The notes: generated from the letters alone by a model not told the origin. Shown: positions 11,026-22,259, numbered from the stretch's first letter. The stretch is DNA of 64,000 bases from Alphaproteobacteria bacterium (GCA_965243135.1 OZ251539.1:3008001-3072000), one strand, 5' to 3'. Program-made: numbers and translations.

Positions 11026-11664
11026 ATGCTGACTGAGAAGCAGATCGTTTCGGCGATCTTTGAAGGAACTCGCAACGCCAATAAGAAATACGAGAAATGG
11101 ACAGGCGGCTGGTCGCTTTTGGATTCGGGAGTAGAGAGCCTCATGGTCTGCGAAATAGGGGGCGCATTAAATCGCCTCCAGAAAGGAAAAGAAAGACTTC
11201 TTTTGGAGGCGCAATTCGATTGGATCAAGGATTGGACTGGCGCGCAGACACGAGGCCGTATTCCAGGTGCAATCAGGGGCAGCAAACGGACGGACATCGC
11301 GCTTTTCAATTCCAAGGATCAGCCAGTTTGCGTTATCGAGGTAAAACGAAAATGGAATAAAAAGACTTGCATGGAAGATTTAGACAGAATATGGGAGTCG
11401 ATAAGCAGATTCGGCTTCAAGAAAAAGGGGGCGCTTCGTCGAGGTTTCCTTGCTGTACTTGTTTCGGGACAGGCAAAAGACAAGACAGCGGCAAAACGGA
11501 AAGCGGAAGGAAATAGGGAGAAAATCGAATCCATGATTAGGGAACGATTTGGAGAAAAAGCGATTGTGAAATGTGAGTATAGTAGTATTTCGTCAAAGGA
11601 AATGGATGATGCGGTGGAGCAGTGGGGAGTGTTTTGCGTTCAAATTTCATTGAAAAACAAATAG
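11026..11664 (+). CDS. AT-rich hypothetical protein, probable PD-(D/E)XK nuclease fold
   Basis: GGAGG RBS before ATG 11026; motif pattern VESL...RTDIALF...VIEVK; lower GC than host. Confidence 0.7.
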   Translation: MLTEKQIVSAIFEGTRNANKKYEKWTGGWSLLDSGVESLMVCEIGGALNRLQKGKERLLLEAQFDWIKDWTGAQTRGRIPGAIRGSKRTDIALFNSKDQPVCVIEVKRKWNKKTCMEDLDRIWESISRFGFKKKGALRRGFLAVLVSGQAKDKTAAKRKAEGNREKIESMIRERFGEKAIVKCEYSSISSKEMDDAVEQWGVFCVQISLKNK

Positions 11665-12090
11665 CAAACACAATTTTTCGAAAGATTTCTTATTGATTTG
11701 CTGTGTAACTACCCCAAGCTGCCGGCCGCACAAAACCGTTCCGCGAATCGAAGATTTTTTCGCGGCGGCGCTTGCCGTTCGAGAATTCGGGAGCGTGACG
11801 CTGAGAGCTGCCCCGTATAGCCCTGTCTTCACGCCGCGCCGCCCGAACGCGGAACGGTTATGTATGAGTGCTCACGATTATTGATAGGGTTTGTTTCGCC
11901 GTTTTTGATGGTTTTCCATGCCGAGAACAGGGCTGGCCGGTAAGCGTTTCCGGTTTCCGTTTCCGCCCGGTCCATAGGGTTGTCGGGAACCGGAAGGCGC
12001 GGGTGCGGGAGGGGGGCATCCGCCTTCGGTCGGGCTACGCCCTTCCTGCGGCAGACGCCCCCCTCCCGCACTGCTACTTGCGACGCTTGG

Positions 12091-12967
12091 TCAGGATGCG
12101 ATACCCGTCAGGGGTATGAGCGACCCGCCCTTCGGAGACCAGTTCCTTGAGGACGCTGCTGACGGTGCTGGCGCGCATGTGTGCCGCATCCCGGATCTGC
12201 CGCTGAGAGAGCGGAGTGTCGGCGAGAAGGTTTGCGTTGACGGGGCGACTCGGTTGGCGCTTCGGAGGCGGCCTCGACGATCTGCAGCGACCGGCGTCTC
12301 GCGCAGAGTGATCTCGTCAGGGCTTGCGGAAGCCCGATGCTCTACGGTCAGCAGAATGCGCCGCTTTTTACATCGCAGATAAAGGTTGGAATCACCCCAG
12401 GCGTGCAGCTCGGAAGAACCGCGCAAAGCCTGTCCGCCTCTCGCATGGGCGCTCTTGCGGGCATGATGGACGAGGACGACGGCTGTCTCGAAGTTGCGTT
12501 GCAGGTCGCGGAGGCAAGCAAGCAGCGGGGCGACCTCGCCGGCGGCATTTTCGTCGATGGAGGCGAACCAGAGGGTCGAGGACCAGCATGCGCGGGCGGC
12601 GGACGGTCTCGAACAGCCGTTGCCTGTCGTCGGCCAGGTCAAGACGCACAGCAGGAACCACGTCGATGTCGAGATCGTCAAGACTGGTTCCTGCGGCTTG
12701 GGCGATGCCGTTCAAACGCTGGCGCACGATGTGGGCGGCGTCTTCGGCGGCGAACAGCAGAACCCGGCCCGAGGCGGCGGGGAAGCGCCGCAGGCAGGGA
12801 GTGCCGGTGGCGACAGCGACTGCGAGGTCGAGCGCGAGAAAGGATTTGCCGCATTTCGGTTCGCCGATGCCGACCGCCTGTTCGCCCCACAGCTGTTCGA
12901 CAAGCCAGCGCCGCTCCTGCGGTTGTTCGGCGAGCTCCGCGGGCCGACGGGTGGGGAAAGCATTCAT
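12091..12967 (-). pseudogene. AAA_25/RepA-like ATPase, frameshifted
   Basis: RRWLVEQLW, GEPKCGKSFLALDLA, AAED, LVLDPLVRLH, VLVHHARK, LRGSSELHAWGDS across frames. Confidence 0.8.
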
Positions 12968-13709
12968 GACCGCGCTCCCCTGCGTTTGTCGGGCGTGAAG
13001 ATCTCGAAGAACAGTTTCTCGTCGAGTTCGGTGGCGTTCGGCGGCAGCGGCGAGCAGGCTATCCGCTATTTTGGTGAGGGAGCGGTAGTTGCCGGCAGCG
13101 TGAAGGGCATCCCTGAGGTTCTGCGTCCTGGGATTGCCGGCCTTCTCGAGGAGGTGGCAGGCGGCAAGTTCCTTTCGTTCGGCGTAACCCATGGCCAGGC
13201 GCTGACGGATACGGGATTCCAGGGGAAGCGCTGCGCTGCAGCTTGTCGGCAAGGCGCGCATCGCCAGCCAGCACGACGCTGAGGATGGGTCGAACTCGGT
13301 GGCGGCGAGCAGACGCAATTCGCCGAGCACTGCGGGCTGCAGTTCCTGCGCCTCGCAGCAGGACTGGACGCAGCGCTTCGAGGTGGCCAACGCGTTCGGA
13401 GAACCTTGAAGCCGCCCCTTGTGGGGGCGCAGCGGGACGTCAAAGAGTTCGCCCGCGGTAGAAGTCGGCGAGGTTGGACGGGTCAGAGCGGCGACCACCA
13501 GGTCGCGGTTGCGCGTCAGCCGGTCCGCAAGCAAGCGCAGAACCACGCTCTTGCCGGTGCCCGGTTCCCCGACGGCGAAGCCGCCGTCCCGGCGCTCGTC
13601 GACGCGCCAGCAGAAGCTTTCGACGCGCGGCGTGGTGAATAGCGCCTCGACCGGCAGGCGAGAAGGGATTCCATTTGAGGCCGTGGAGGGAAAGCAGCCT
13701 ATGTTTCAT
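12964..13709 (-). pseudogene. ExeA-like transposition ATPase, frameshifted
   Basis: MKHRLLSLHGLKWNPFS start; degraded Walker B ...EAQEL..AVLGELRLL; LESRIRQRL, AAGNYRSL. Confidence 0.7.
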
Positions 13710-15000
13710 CGTCCTCGTTGGTCGGAAGGAAGGCAGGGGGCAGGCCGGTCGCAGCCGCCAGGAGTTGCTTGAGCAGCGGCGCTCCCGTCGCCGGCGTGAC
13801 ATCTGTCTCGGCTGGCCTCACCTGTCGGCGTTCGCCGTCCGCGTTGGCGCTCTTGTCGAGCGGATAAAGCGCGCACAGCCAGGTTCCGTGGCCGGGGTCG
13901 ACGAGGGCAATCGTCGACAGATCCCAGGATGCGTAGCGGAGGTGGAGATGCCGCATGTGGCGATACTGCGACGGCACATCGCACGCCTCCAAGTGAAAGC
14001 GTGCCGTCCGTGTGCCGCTGTCGGCGCGTCGCTCCGGTGCGGAACGCGCGCCGCAGCGTCTCGCCGGACGGACACTCGCGCCGGGGGCTCTCGAGAAAAC
14101 GTGCCGTTGGCGTGGCACCGATTTCCCGGTGGAGGCGGTTGTTGTAGTCCTTCTGGACCCACGCTTGGGTCGCCTCGTTGATCTGCGCCAGGGAAAGGGA
14201 GTCGACGCCTTGCAGCATCGCCAGCAGACGCCCTTCCGTAACCGACACGCTCCACTTTTCCATTCTGGTTCGGGGAATACGGCAAAGTGGTGTCGTGCGC
14301 CAAGATCGTGCAGCCCGCTCCGCACCTCGCCAGCGGTCTCCGCCTTGCCGTTGTCCGTCGCCCGCGGCAAGCCATGCTTCATCAGGGCCTGCGACAGGCC
14401 GTGCACGAAGTTCTGCGCCGTCTCCCACCACTGCACATGGCAAGCAAAGCGCGAGTGGAGAACGGCCAGCAGCGTATGCCATCGTCCTCGCTTGTCGAGC
14501 ACTCGGAGCGAGCGGAAGTCGGCATGCCACAGGCCGTGGGCGTGCTCGTAACTGCGTATCTCGTACTGTTCGCGTCGTTCCGCCGCCGCCGCTTCCCCCG
14601 CCTTCTTCGGCCGCCGCTTGCGCCCGTGCGTCCGCATGTAGCGGGCCACAGTGGCATAGGAGGGGAGCGGGCCGAGCGACGGTCGGCCAATGCCTTGAGG
14701 TTGTCGTAGTGCAGCTGCGCCGACCAGTTGGGATTTTGCCGGTATTGCAATTGCAGCGCCCAGCGGCGCGAACAGCGTGCGCGCTGCGTCCGATCGTACC
14801 CGGCGACGGAGAGCGCCGACCGGATCCTGTTCGGCTCGCCGCGCCTGGTAGTACCAGCGTCGTCACGAAGGAGAAGCGGGCCGGCGCGCCGGTCACGCCG
14901 CCACTCCTGTTGCGCCAGAGCCTCGGCGCATAGTTCGCCGTGCGCCGGCGGCGCCGCCAGCAAGGTGCCGACAACGGCGAAGCGCAATCGCGCCCCCCGA
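13699..15000 (-). pseudogene. rve/Mu-like DDE transposase, multiply frameshifted
   Basis: RFAVVGTLLAAPP, WSAQLHYDNL, GLWHADF, HGLPR-TDNG, TLPYSPNQNGKVER, YPLDKSANADGERR. Confidence 0.8.
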
Positions 15001-15038
15001 TTTGTGTCCTGCTGCCCGCCTCCCGTTTGGCGCGGACC

Positions 15039-15584
15039 CTAAACCCCCCTCTTGGAAGAGACGGCAAGTTCTGCGGGTGCCCCGTCGCCGAACTTGCTCG
15101 TCAACGGCGATAGCCGTTGCAGGAGAACCACCGGGTCGGAGAACATCCCGACCAGTGATAACGGCAGCGTCGTCGGCTGTTTTGGGAAACGGGCGCGCAG
15201 CTTGCGCCACAGGGAGGTCTCGACGAAGGTCTCGCGCCACCAACGCCGCCAGCGCTGAAGCGTGCGTTTGTCGATGCCCAGACGGCCCGACCGGAACTCG
15301 GGACTGCGCTTTCCCTGCGACAGGGCTGTCAGAAACACGAAGACGAAGGCCACGTACACCCGGCGACCGAAGTACCGCACCGAGGGCGGCGTGACGCGAC
15401 GGCGGCACCCCGCGCAACAAAAACTCAGACGCCGCGCTCCGGCGACGAGCGGCCGCTCAACGCCGCGAGGCTTTCGCGGACGCGGCCTGCCGCCGCAGTG
15501 CGGGCAGGTACGGGCTGCCAGATCCTCGTCTATGCGTTCGAGAAAAGCCCAGGTGGTGGAGTCGACGGGAAAATCGTGGGACAA
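15039..15584 (-). CDS. Transposon-associated Cys-rich/HTH protein (probably eroded)
   Basis: CPHCGG, FCCAGCRRRVTPPSVRY, IDKRTLQRWRRWW; lies directly upstream of the DDE gene. Confidence 0.65.
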   Translation of the reverse strand: MSHDFPVDSTTWAFLERIDEDLAARTCPHCGGRPRPRKPRGVERPLVAGARRLSFCCAGCRRRVTPPSVRYFGRRVYVAFVFVFLTALSQGKRSPEFRSGRLGIDKRTLQRWRRWWRETFVETSLWRKLRARFPKQPTTLPLSLVGMFSDPVVLLQRLSPLTSKFGDGAPAELAVSSKRGV

Positions 15585-15721
15585 TGGTCATGTCTTCTGG
15601 GTGGTAGCAGACCCGGAAGACACACCCCCTCGGCACTTGTCTGGCAAGCTCGCCGAGGGGGATCCTCAAATAATTTGATTAAAATCCACAGGAAACCTGT
15701 GCATATCCCTGCACAGCCACA

Positions 15722-16944
15722 CGCCTCGTAGCCAGCCAGGCCCGTGTTCGCGTACCACTCGTTCGGGATGCTCGCCAGGAACGCCCGGAACCGCCGCTCG
15801 AGGCCCGCGAAGTCGTTCGCCAGGCGCCGCAACTCCCGGCTCTCCGTCGCGACCGCGACGTCCGGCGCCATCGCCTCCAGCAGGAGCGCGTTCAGGCTGC
15901 GCTTCACCTCATGGTTCGGGTAGTCCAGCCGGTAGAGGGGCGCGTCCTCGTCCCGCTTCTCGTCGGCGACGGTCAGGTAGCCGGTCTGGAACAGCAGCGC
16001 CTCGACGGGAATGCGGTCGACGTCGATGGCCGACAGCAGATCGTCGTCCGCGATCATGCCCTCCAGGGCCGGCGCCGCGCCAGAAGGTCGACGAGAAAGG
16101 TCGGCGTGCCGCTCTGGAACCAGTGAATCTGCGCTTGTCGAACAGCAGCAGGATGTCGTGCGGATTGTAGACCCTCTCCGGTCCGAGCCAGTTGTAGCCG
16201 TTGTACCAACGGCGGACCTTGTCCCGGTCCAGGCCCTCGAGTTCCGGGGCGAACACCGCGTCCAGCTCGTCGTCGGTATAGCCGCAGATGGCGCCGTAGC
16301 GCTCGTCCAGCGTGATGTCGTTCAGGTTGTTCAGGCCCGAAAACAGGCCCGCATGCGAGAACTTGCTCACGCCGGTAAGGAAGGCGAACCGGATATGCGC
16401 GTCGCAGTCCTTGACGACGCTGTAGAAGCCGCGCAGGAAGTCGCGGTTGGCCAGCGCCAGTTCCCGGTCGCCGAGCGCGTCCAGAATCGGCTTGTCGTAT
16501 TCGTCCACCAGAACGACCGCCCGCTGCCCGGCGCGCTCGTGCAGCGTCCTTATCAGGTGCCGGAAACGGACCGCCGCCCCGGCGGGGCCCGGTTCGAGGC
16601 CGGCCAGCCGCTCCGTTTCCTCCAACTGGTCTTCCACGTTTCCCCGAACGAGGTCCGGGGAGTCGAAATTGCCCCCGCCGAAGCTGATCCGCACGACGGC
16701 GCGCCGACCAATCCCACTTGTCGTGTATGGCGAGATCGCGAAACAGCTCCTCGCTTCCCTCGAACAACTCCTGCAGCGTGTCCACCAGCAGGGTCTTGCC
16801 GAACCGGCGCGGACGCGACAGGAAATAGTAATCGCCCCCTTCGACGAGGCGGCGCACATGGTCCGTCTTGTCTACGTAGTAGCAATCCCTCGTCCGGATT
16901 TTCCGGAGGGAGGTCAAGCCGGTCGGAAGCATGCGTCTCGTCAG
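15722..16944 (-). pseudogene. AAA-ATPase/PD-(D/E)XK copy 2, frameshifted and truncated by a transposon
   Basis: Near-identical to 4369-5913 over long stretches; several small deletions; ends at GYEA where the TGT end begins. Confidence 0.9.
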
Positions 16945-17279
16945 AGGGTAGGCCGCCATGCCGAAGCCGTCAAGGAGAGCGTCGGGCGCGCGTCAATTTC
17001 TTTGCATTGACGCCAGGGAGGGCCTGCGCTTTCTGCATGTACGCGCCGTGTCCACGTCCCAAGACTTGGAAACCATTCTGCGGCCGGCGTCTCCGCCGTT
17101 GTCTGGAGATCTTCGTCGGCGGACCGCCCAATTCCGCAGATGCCCAAACCCGGTTGCGACCGGGGCATGGGCCGTGCCTTCAACTAACTCGAAAGGTGAA
17201 CGGCGAGACGGGTCCGCTGCCGCGGAAACGGCCGTTCCCGACGAAGGGCATGGCGACCTGCGGCGCAGGCGGCCGGCTC

Positions 17280-17369
17280 CTTTCGCGGAGGCGCCGCCTG
17301 CGTCCGAACGGGACGGCTCCCGGCTTCAGACGGTCTCGAACCCGACGATGTTGCGCTCCTCCCGGCCGA
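17280..17369 (-). pseudogene. 3' remnant of a fifth AAA-nuclease copy with its downstream flank
   Basis: Encodes GREERNIVGFETV*; flank tttcgcggaggcgccgcctgcgtccgaacgg matches 4324-4353. Confidence 0.8.
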
Positions 17370-17536
17370 CTAAAGCGAATCGGCTTCGCAGCCAACACCC
17401 TGCGCGTCCAACGCATGACAGCCTTCTTGGAACCGATGCCTTCGACCAACTCCATCGACCTGACGTCGTGGACAATCGCCGTGTTTCCGCTCTGCGCTTC
17501 GGAGACCCCCGTGCGTTGCTGTCCGCTTCGCTCTAG
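17370..17536. mobile_element. 167-bp MITE-like element
   Basis: Imperfect terminal IR: ctaaagcgaatcgg versus reverse complement ctagagcgaagcgg. Confidence 0.55.
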
Positions 17537-19377
17537 CCCGAGTTTACCGCGAGTTTCGCTTTTCGGCGTCCGAGTCGGCACGGAGCCGATGACGCCGAAC
17601 AACGTAACGCACTGTTTTTTCTACGATTTTTCCTCATCGAAAAATCGAACGGCATGTCGCGATCCCCTCGATTTCGTATGACCTAACACAGTCAAGGACA
17701 AGGTCCGAAAAATGGTCAGCCTCGTCAAAAAACACATCCGCGGAAAGGCTTACTACTACGCGCGTCGGTCCCAACGCATCGACGGAAAGCCCACCATCGT
17801 CTAGCAGAAGTATCTCGGTCCGGCCGACCGTCGCCGTCATGACCGGCAACCCCGTCGAAGCCCTGGTGCGCGACTTCGGCGCTGTCGCCGCCCTTTACGA
17901 CCTCGCCCGACGCCTGCGTCTCGTGGACCACCCGGCACGTTCCCAAGCAGCGCAACGGACCTTCCGTCGGCACTTACCTGCTGGTCGCAGCCCTCGGCGC
18001 GGCTCCCTGCTCGAAGGCCAGCACCGCGAAGTGGTTCGGGAACACCGTTCTCAACCGCTTCATCGAGCCGCGGCAACTCACGAGTCAGCGCTTCTGGGAC
18101 AACATGAACCGCGTCCCTCTCGACGCCATCCCCAAGGCGCGACATCGTCACCCGCATGGTGCGCGACTTCGACGTCGACCTCGGGCGCGTCCTGTTCGAC
18201 GCCACCAACTTCTTCACTTTCCTTTCAACGAACGTTGCACGCTGGCTCAGCGCGGCCACAGCAAGGAAGGCCGCAAGGCGCTGAGGATCGTCGGCCTCGC
18301 TCTCCTCGTCACCGCCGACTTCCGCCTGCCGCTCCTGCACCGCACCATACCTACCCTGGAAACCAGCCCGATTCCCCCACCTTCGCCAGCCTGACCGACG
18401 CGCTCGTCGCACGCTACCGCGAACGAGGCGCGGAACACGTCACCCTGGTCTTCGACAAGGGCAACAACTCGAAGGACAATCTCAAGGCGGTCGCCGACAG
18501 CCCTTACCACTTCATCGGTTCGCTGGTTCCGACCCAACACCCCGAGCTGCTCGAAACGCCCGCCGACAAGCTGCATCCGGCCTCGACGGCGTCAGCGCCT
18601 GGCGCACCACGCGCACCCTGTTCGGCGTCGAGCGCACCGTGCTGGTCACACGAAAAGCTCTTCGCCGCGCAGTCCCAGACCCTGCTGCGTGAAATCGCGA
18701 AGCGGCGACAGCGGCTGCGGGAACTCCAGAACCGGTTGCGGCGCTGGCGCACCGGACGCGTTCGCAGCGGCAAGCCGCCGACCGTAGAGGGAACCAGCAA
18801 GAAGGTAGCAGGCTGGCTCAAGGCCCGTGAAGGAACTGTTCAAGGTGACGGTCGAAGCCGACGGTTGCCTGCCGACCCTTCGCTACCGGTTCGACCAACG
18901 CGCCTGGCAGCGACTGCAGCGCACGTTGCTCGGCAAGACTCTCATCTTTACCGACAACGCCGACTGGAGCGACGTGGAAATTGTCCGCGGCTACCGGGCT
19001 CAGCATCACGTCGAGAGCGCGTTCCGCTCCATGAAAAACACCCGTCAAATCGCCCTGCGGCCGCAGTGGACCGACCAGAAGGTGCATGTCTTCTGTTGTG
19101 TCCTCGCCCTGTTGCTGTGCAATCTTCTGGAGCGCACCGCCGCGGCTTGACGAAGTCGGCGCTGCTCGACCAACTTGGCCGAATCCGGGAAATCAGCGTC
19201 GCTTATCCCGGCAAGAAGCCCTTTGTGACGTTGTCGGAGATGACCGACGACCAGCGCACCCTTTACGAAGCTCTCGACCTGAAGCGATACCTGTCCGACC
19301 TCGCCTGACCGTTAGGTCATACGAAAATCGTGTGATAAGTGAATCAACTATATAGAGAATCTCGCGGTAAACTCGGG
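17537..19377 (+). mobile_element. IS1634-family element with eroded transposase
   Basis: Perfect 17-bp IR CCCGAGTTTACCGCGAG flanked by CTAG on both sides. Transposase fragments LFDATNF, QRGHSKEGR, LVFDKGNNS, YRAQHHVESAFRSMK. Confidence 0.88.
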
Positions 19378-19690
19378 CTAGTGGTCAACAACGCCAGATT
19401 CCTAATCTTGCCCTGGGTTCGGATAAAAAACCTCGCGTCCCCTCGCTCTGGTCGAACAGCGACTGCCGGACGATTGGGAAGGCCGCTACGCGTTGCTGCC
19501 AGTCCTGCTCGAGACTTTCTGCGAGAGCCCGCGCTTCGAAGGCACCTGCTACCAGGCCGCCAACTGGACCAGGGCCGGCCGCACTCAAGGGCGCGGCAAA
19601 CTCGACGTGCGGAACGAACGCGCCCTCCCGGTCAAGGACGCTGAGGCCCCTGCGCCGGGACTGGAGGCGGATCCTCAACAAATAAACCGT
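19378..19690 (+). pseudogene. DUF4338 (IS-associated DruA-like) C-terminal remnant
   Basis: LVVNNARFLILPWVRIKNLAS, PVLLETF, GTCYQAANW, GRTQGRGKLD. Confidence 0.75.
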
Positions 19691-19753
19691 CACCCCGCGA
19701 CCGAACGCTTACCCATGGCGCGAACCGGGAGCCGCCGCCGCGCGGTTGGAGAT

Positions 19754-20176
19754 TTATTCGCAATTTTCGTCGATTATCCGAGAGAACGATCTGCGCGGGC
19801 CGCGCTCCAGTCTTCTTTGTCGTTCTTCCTGGTAGTCGGCAACGTCTTCTTCCAGATCCTCTGCCGTTTCCGTCTTCATTTTCCATAGCCTCATTTCACT
19901 CTTCATGGACGAAATTGTCCACCCGTCGTTCGACATGAGGGCCGCTCTGTATCGGCGTTCCATGTCGTCCAAATCCAGTGATCGCAATTCTTCCTTCAAT
20001 TGTTGCAACCGGACCTGTCGTTCTTGATACGATCTTTCCCTTTCGGCGCGGGCCAACGCTGCCGCTACGTCGTCGACCGTTCCAGGAACTTGCAGGATTC
20101 CCTTTCCCCCGTAATAACAGCCGCTCCCGCAAGAAGCCGTGCCGATCATGGCAACGATCAGCACATAGATATTCAT
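19754..20176 (-). CDS. Hypothetical putative lipoprotein with coiled coil
   Basis: Hydrophobic N-terminus ending in TASC; helical, charged remainder; directly follows the M48 gene. Confidence 0.55.
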   Translation of the reverse strand: MNIYVLIVAMIGTASCGSGCYYGGKGILQVPGTVDDVAAALARAERERSYQERQVRLQQLKEELRSLDLDDMERRYRAALMSNDGWTISSMKSEMRLWKMKTETAEDLEEDVADYQEERQRRLERGPRRSFSRIIDENCE

Positions 20177-20179
20177 CGA

Positions 20180-20982
20180 AACTCCGCACCTCTACTCGTT
20201 GCACCGAAAATGGTTGCAACGAGCGAGTTCGTAATGATTCTTCGCGCCGGAAAAGTAGTACTGCCGCTCGGCCGTTGCACGGGTCGCGCGCGCCCGGTCC
20301 GAGCCGGCGGGCGCGGAACCAAGACCAGTCATCCCTGTGTTTTCTCTCGATATCCCCCCACAAGCTTGCGATAGCGTACGGATCGTAGCCGGCAAGAGCG
20401 GCATGGACGACGCCGATCTTGTCCGCCTCGTTCTCGTTCAGAACGCTGTACGCGAAGCTGGATCCCTTGGCGGGCTTGCCTTTCAGCGCGAATTGCGCTA
20501 AGGTGATCATTAGTTGTCGTTCCGTGGCCGCCACGTGGCCGATCGCCGCGGCGACGGCCGCATCGTCCCGCACTTCGTCCATCAAGCCCCGGAAAACGGC
20601 CACTCGGGTTCCGCCGGTCACGAAGGCGTTGAAACCGTCCTCCGGCAATAGGAAGGCATTCCAGCTGGGCAAAGCGGCTTACTGCGTGAACGCGATTGAA
20701 GATGTTCAAAAGCCGGTCGTAGGAACCACGGTCGACTTTCTGGTTCAGGCGGTCGTATTTCCTCAGCGCCCGCCTCATTGCGGCATTTCCTTCCGCGATT
20801 TGTTCGGTACGCGAATGGAAACTGGCCGTGCGTTGTCCGGTGACCGGATCTTCCTCGGTTAAGGATCGATGCCCATCGTACAATCCTCGGTCGATGCTTT
20901 CCAGTGTGGAGCAACCGGAAAGCAAGAAGCCCGCGGCAGAACCAATGAACTCCCGTCTGCGACATCCTGTTCCGGCTTTCAT
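20180..20982 (-). pseudogene. M48 family metallopeptidase lipoprotein, frameshifted
   Basis: RRREFI...LSGC signal; NAFVTGG, DDAAVAAAIGH with the HExxH partly deleted, ENEADKIG, AGYDP. Confidence 0.75.
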
Positions 20983-21189
20983 TCGACGTATCCTTCCGGC
21001 TCAAAGTCATTATGCCAAATCGGCAATTAAACGACCCGTACGGAAAATGACCGTCCCCAACGATTTCGAAGTGCAACGTCGGCGGGCGGCCATCGTGAGA
21101 GTGGACCGGGCGGGTCGGTGAGTCAAGGCGACGCGGCGGTCGCCGGCATCGTGTTTCGGCGCGAGACCGTCGAGTCCCGGGAACGGGCG

Positions 21190-21500
21190 CAGGTCTGAAA
21201 TCCAAGCGTTCGCTGCCCGGGTGACGGTCTGCGATCGAGAGCCTTCTTCCGGTCCCGCCGCAAGGGCTTCCGGCAACGCGTTTTTCGCGTCGAGCTTGCC
21301 GCGGCCTCGCGTTTTGCCGACCCGGGTTGGCCGCGCGGCAGCAGGTCGCGGCGCTTCGCAGAAGGTCTCGAGCGGCGCAACGCGTAGCGGCGCCCCCGGT
21401 CGTCGAGCGAACGTCGCTCGACCTGTGCGAGGGTATGCAAGACGTTCCGACCCAGGACCTCGCGCCGTTGACGAAGAAGGGCAGGCTGGCGGCGCCCCCA
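21190..21500 (-). pseudogene. Second, inverted DUF4338 remnant
   Basis: LETFCEAPR and GKTRGRGKLDAKNALP parallel the remnant at 19500-19630. Confidence 0.6.
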
Positions 21501-22148
21501 ACCGCCGTCCCGTGGCGCAATCTTCCGCGCGGCGGCGCCGGGCGCGGGCGTAAAGCCGAGGTAGCGGGAAGGCGTTCTCGGCCCTCGCCGGCGTCGGGTT
21601 CGCGGAGGACGGACCTGGCGTTCGGGAGTCGGGAACAGGGGCGGTTCGGGAGACGGCGGAGCGGCGAACGCGGACGGACTGCGGCAGCGGCGGAGACGGC
21701 GCGCGTCAAACCCTCCTTCCGGGCCGCGTTCGCCGCCCGCCGGCTGACCGTTCCCGGTTTCCGAACTCCCGAGCGCCGGCGAAGCCGGTCCGGACGTCGC
21801 GCCCGCGCGTCCCCAGGAGTTCGGGGCCTGCCGGGCGAGGCCCGCCGGCGCGGGGACTGCCTGCCGACGACCCACGCTCTGCCCCCGCCTACGCTTTCCG
21901 CCCGGCCCTTCCGGCCAACCGCAACGGATTCCGGGCCCCGGCTACGTCCCCGCCGTCTTGGTCGCCCTCGATGAGGCCGGGCGCTTCTGCGACAGGCTCG
22001 ACGAACGCCTCGACCGCGCGGCATGGACGGAACTCGCCGGACGGCCCATGTTCGCCGACATCGGCAAGAGCCGGGCGCCCGCGCAAGCCCCCGGGGAGGA
22101 ACCGCCGCTGGAATCCGGCGGCTTGCCGACGTTATGCCCGAAAGCCGG

Positions 22149-22259
22149 TCATTTCTTCTTGGGCGGGTTGTTGTCCCGGCCGCCGCCGGACTTTTTGCCG
22201 TCGTTGGTTTTGGCGGGCCAACCGGCGCCCTGCTTCCCACTTTCGCCTTGTTTCGCCAT
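22149..22259 (-). CDS. Small basic Gly/Lys-rich peptide (36 aa)
   Basis: AAGGAAG RBS, ATG 22259, MAKQGESGKQGAGWPAKTNDGKKSGGGRDNNPPKKK*. Confidence 0.55.
   Translation of the reverse strand: MAKQGESGKQGAGWPAKTNDGKKSGGGRDNNPPKKK

Larger units (their letters stand above)
11900..15721 (-). mobile_element. Degraded four-gene transposon (Cys-rich HTH protein, DDE integrase, ExeA-like ATPase, AAA_25 helicase-like)
   Basis: Begins with TGT at 15721, exactly where AAA copy 2 is cut (GYEA|). Four co-oriented frameshifted genes follow; the far end is not defined. Confidence 0.75.

Noticed and set aside
19378-21500. DUF4338 remnants as a Druantia defence system
   Set aside because: They are IS-associated fragments and no DruE-type helicase or other dru genes are present.
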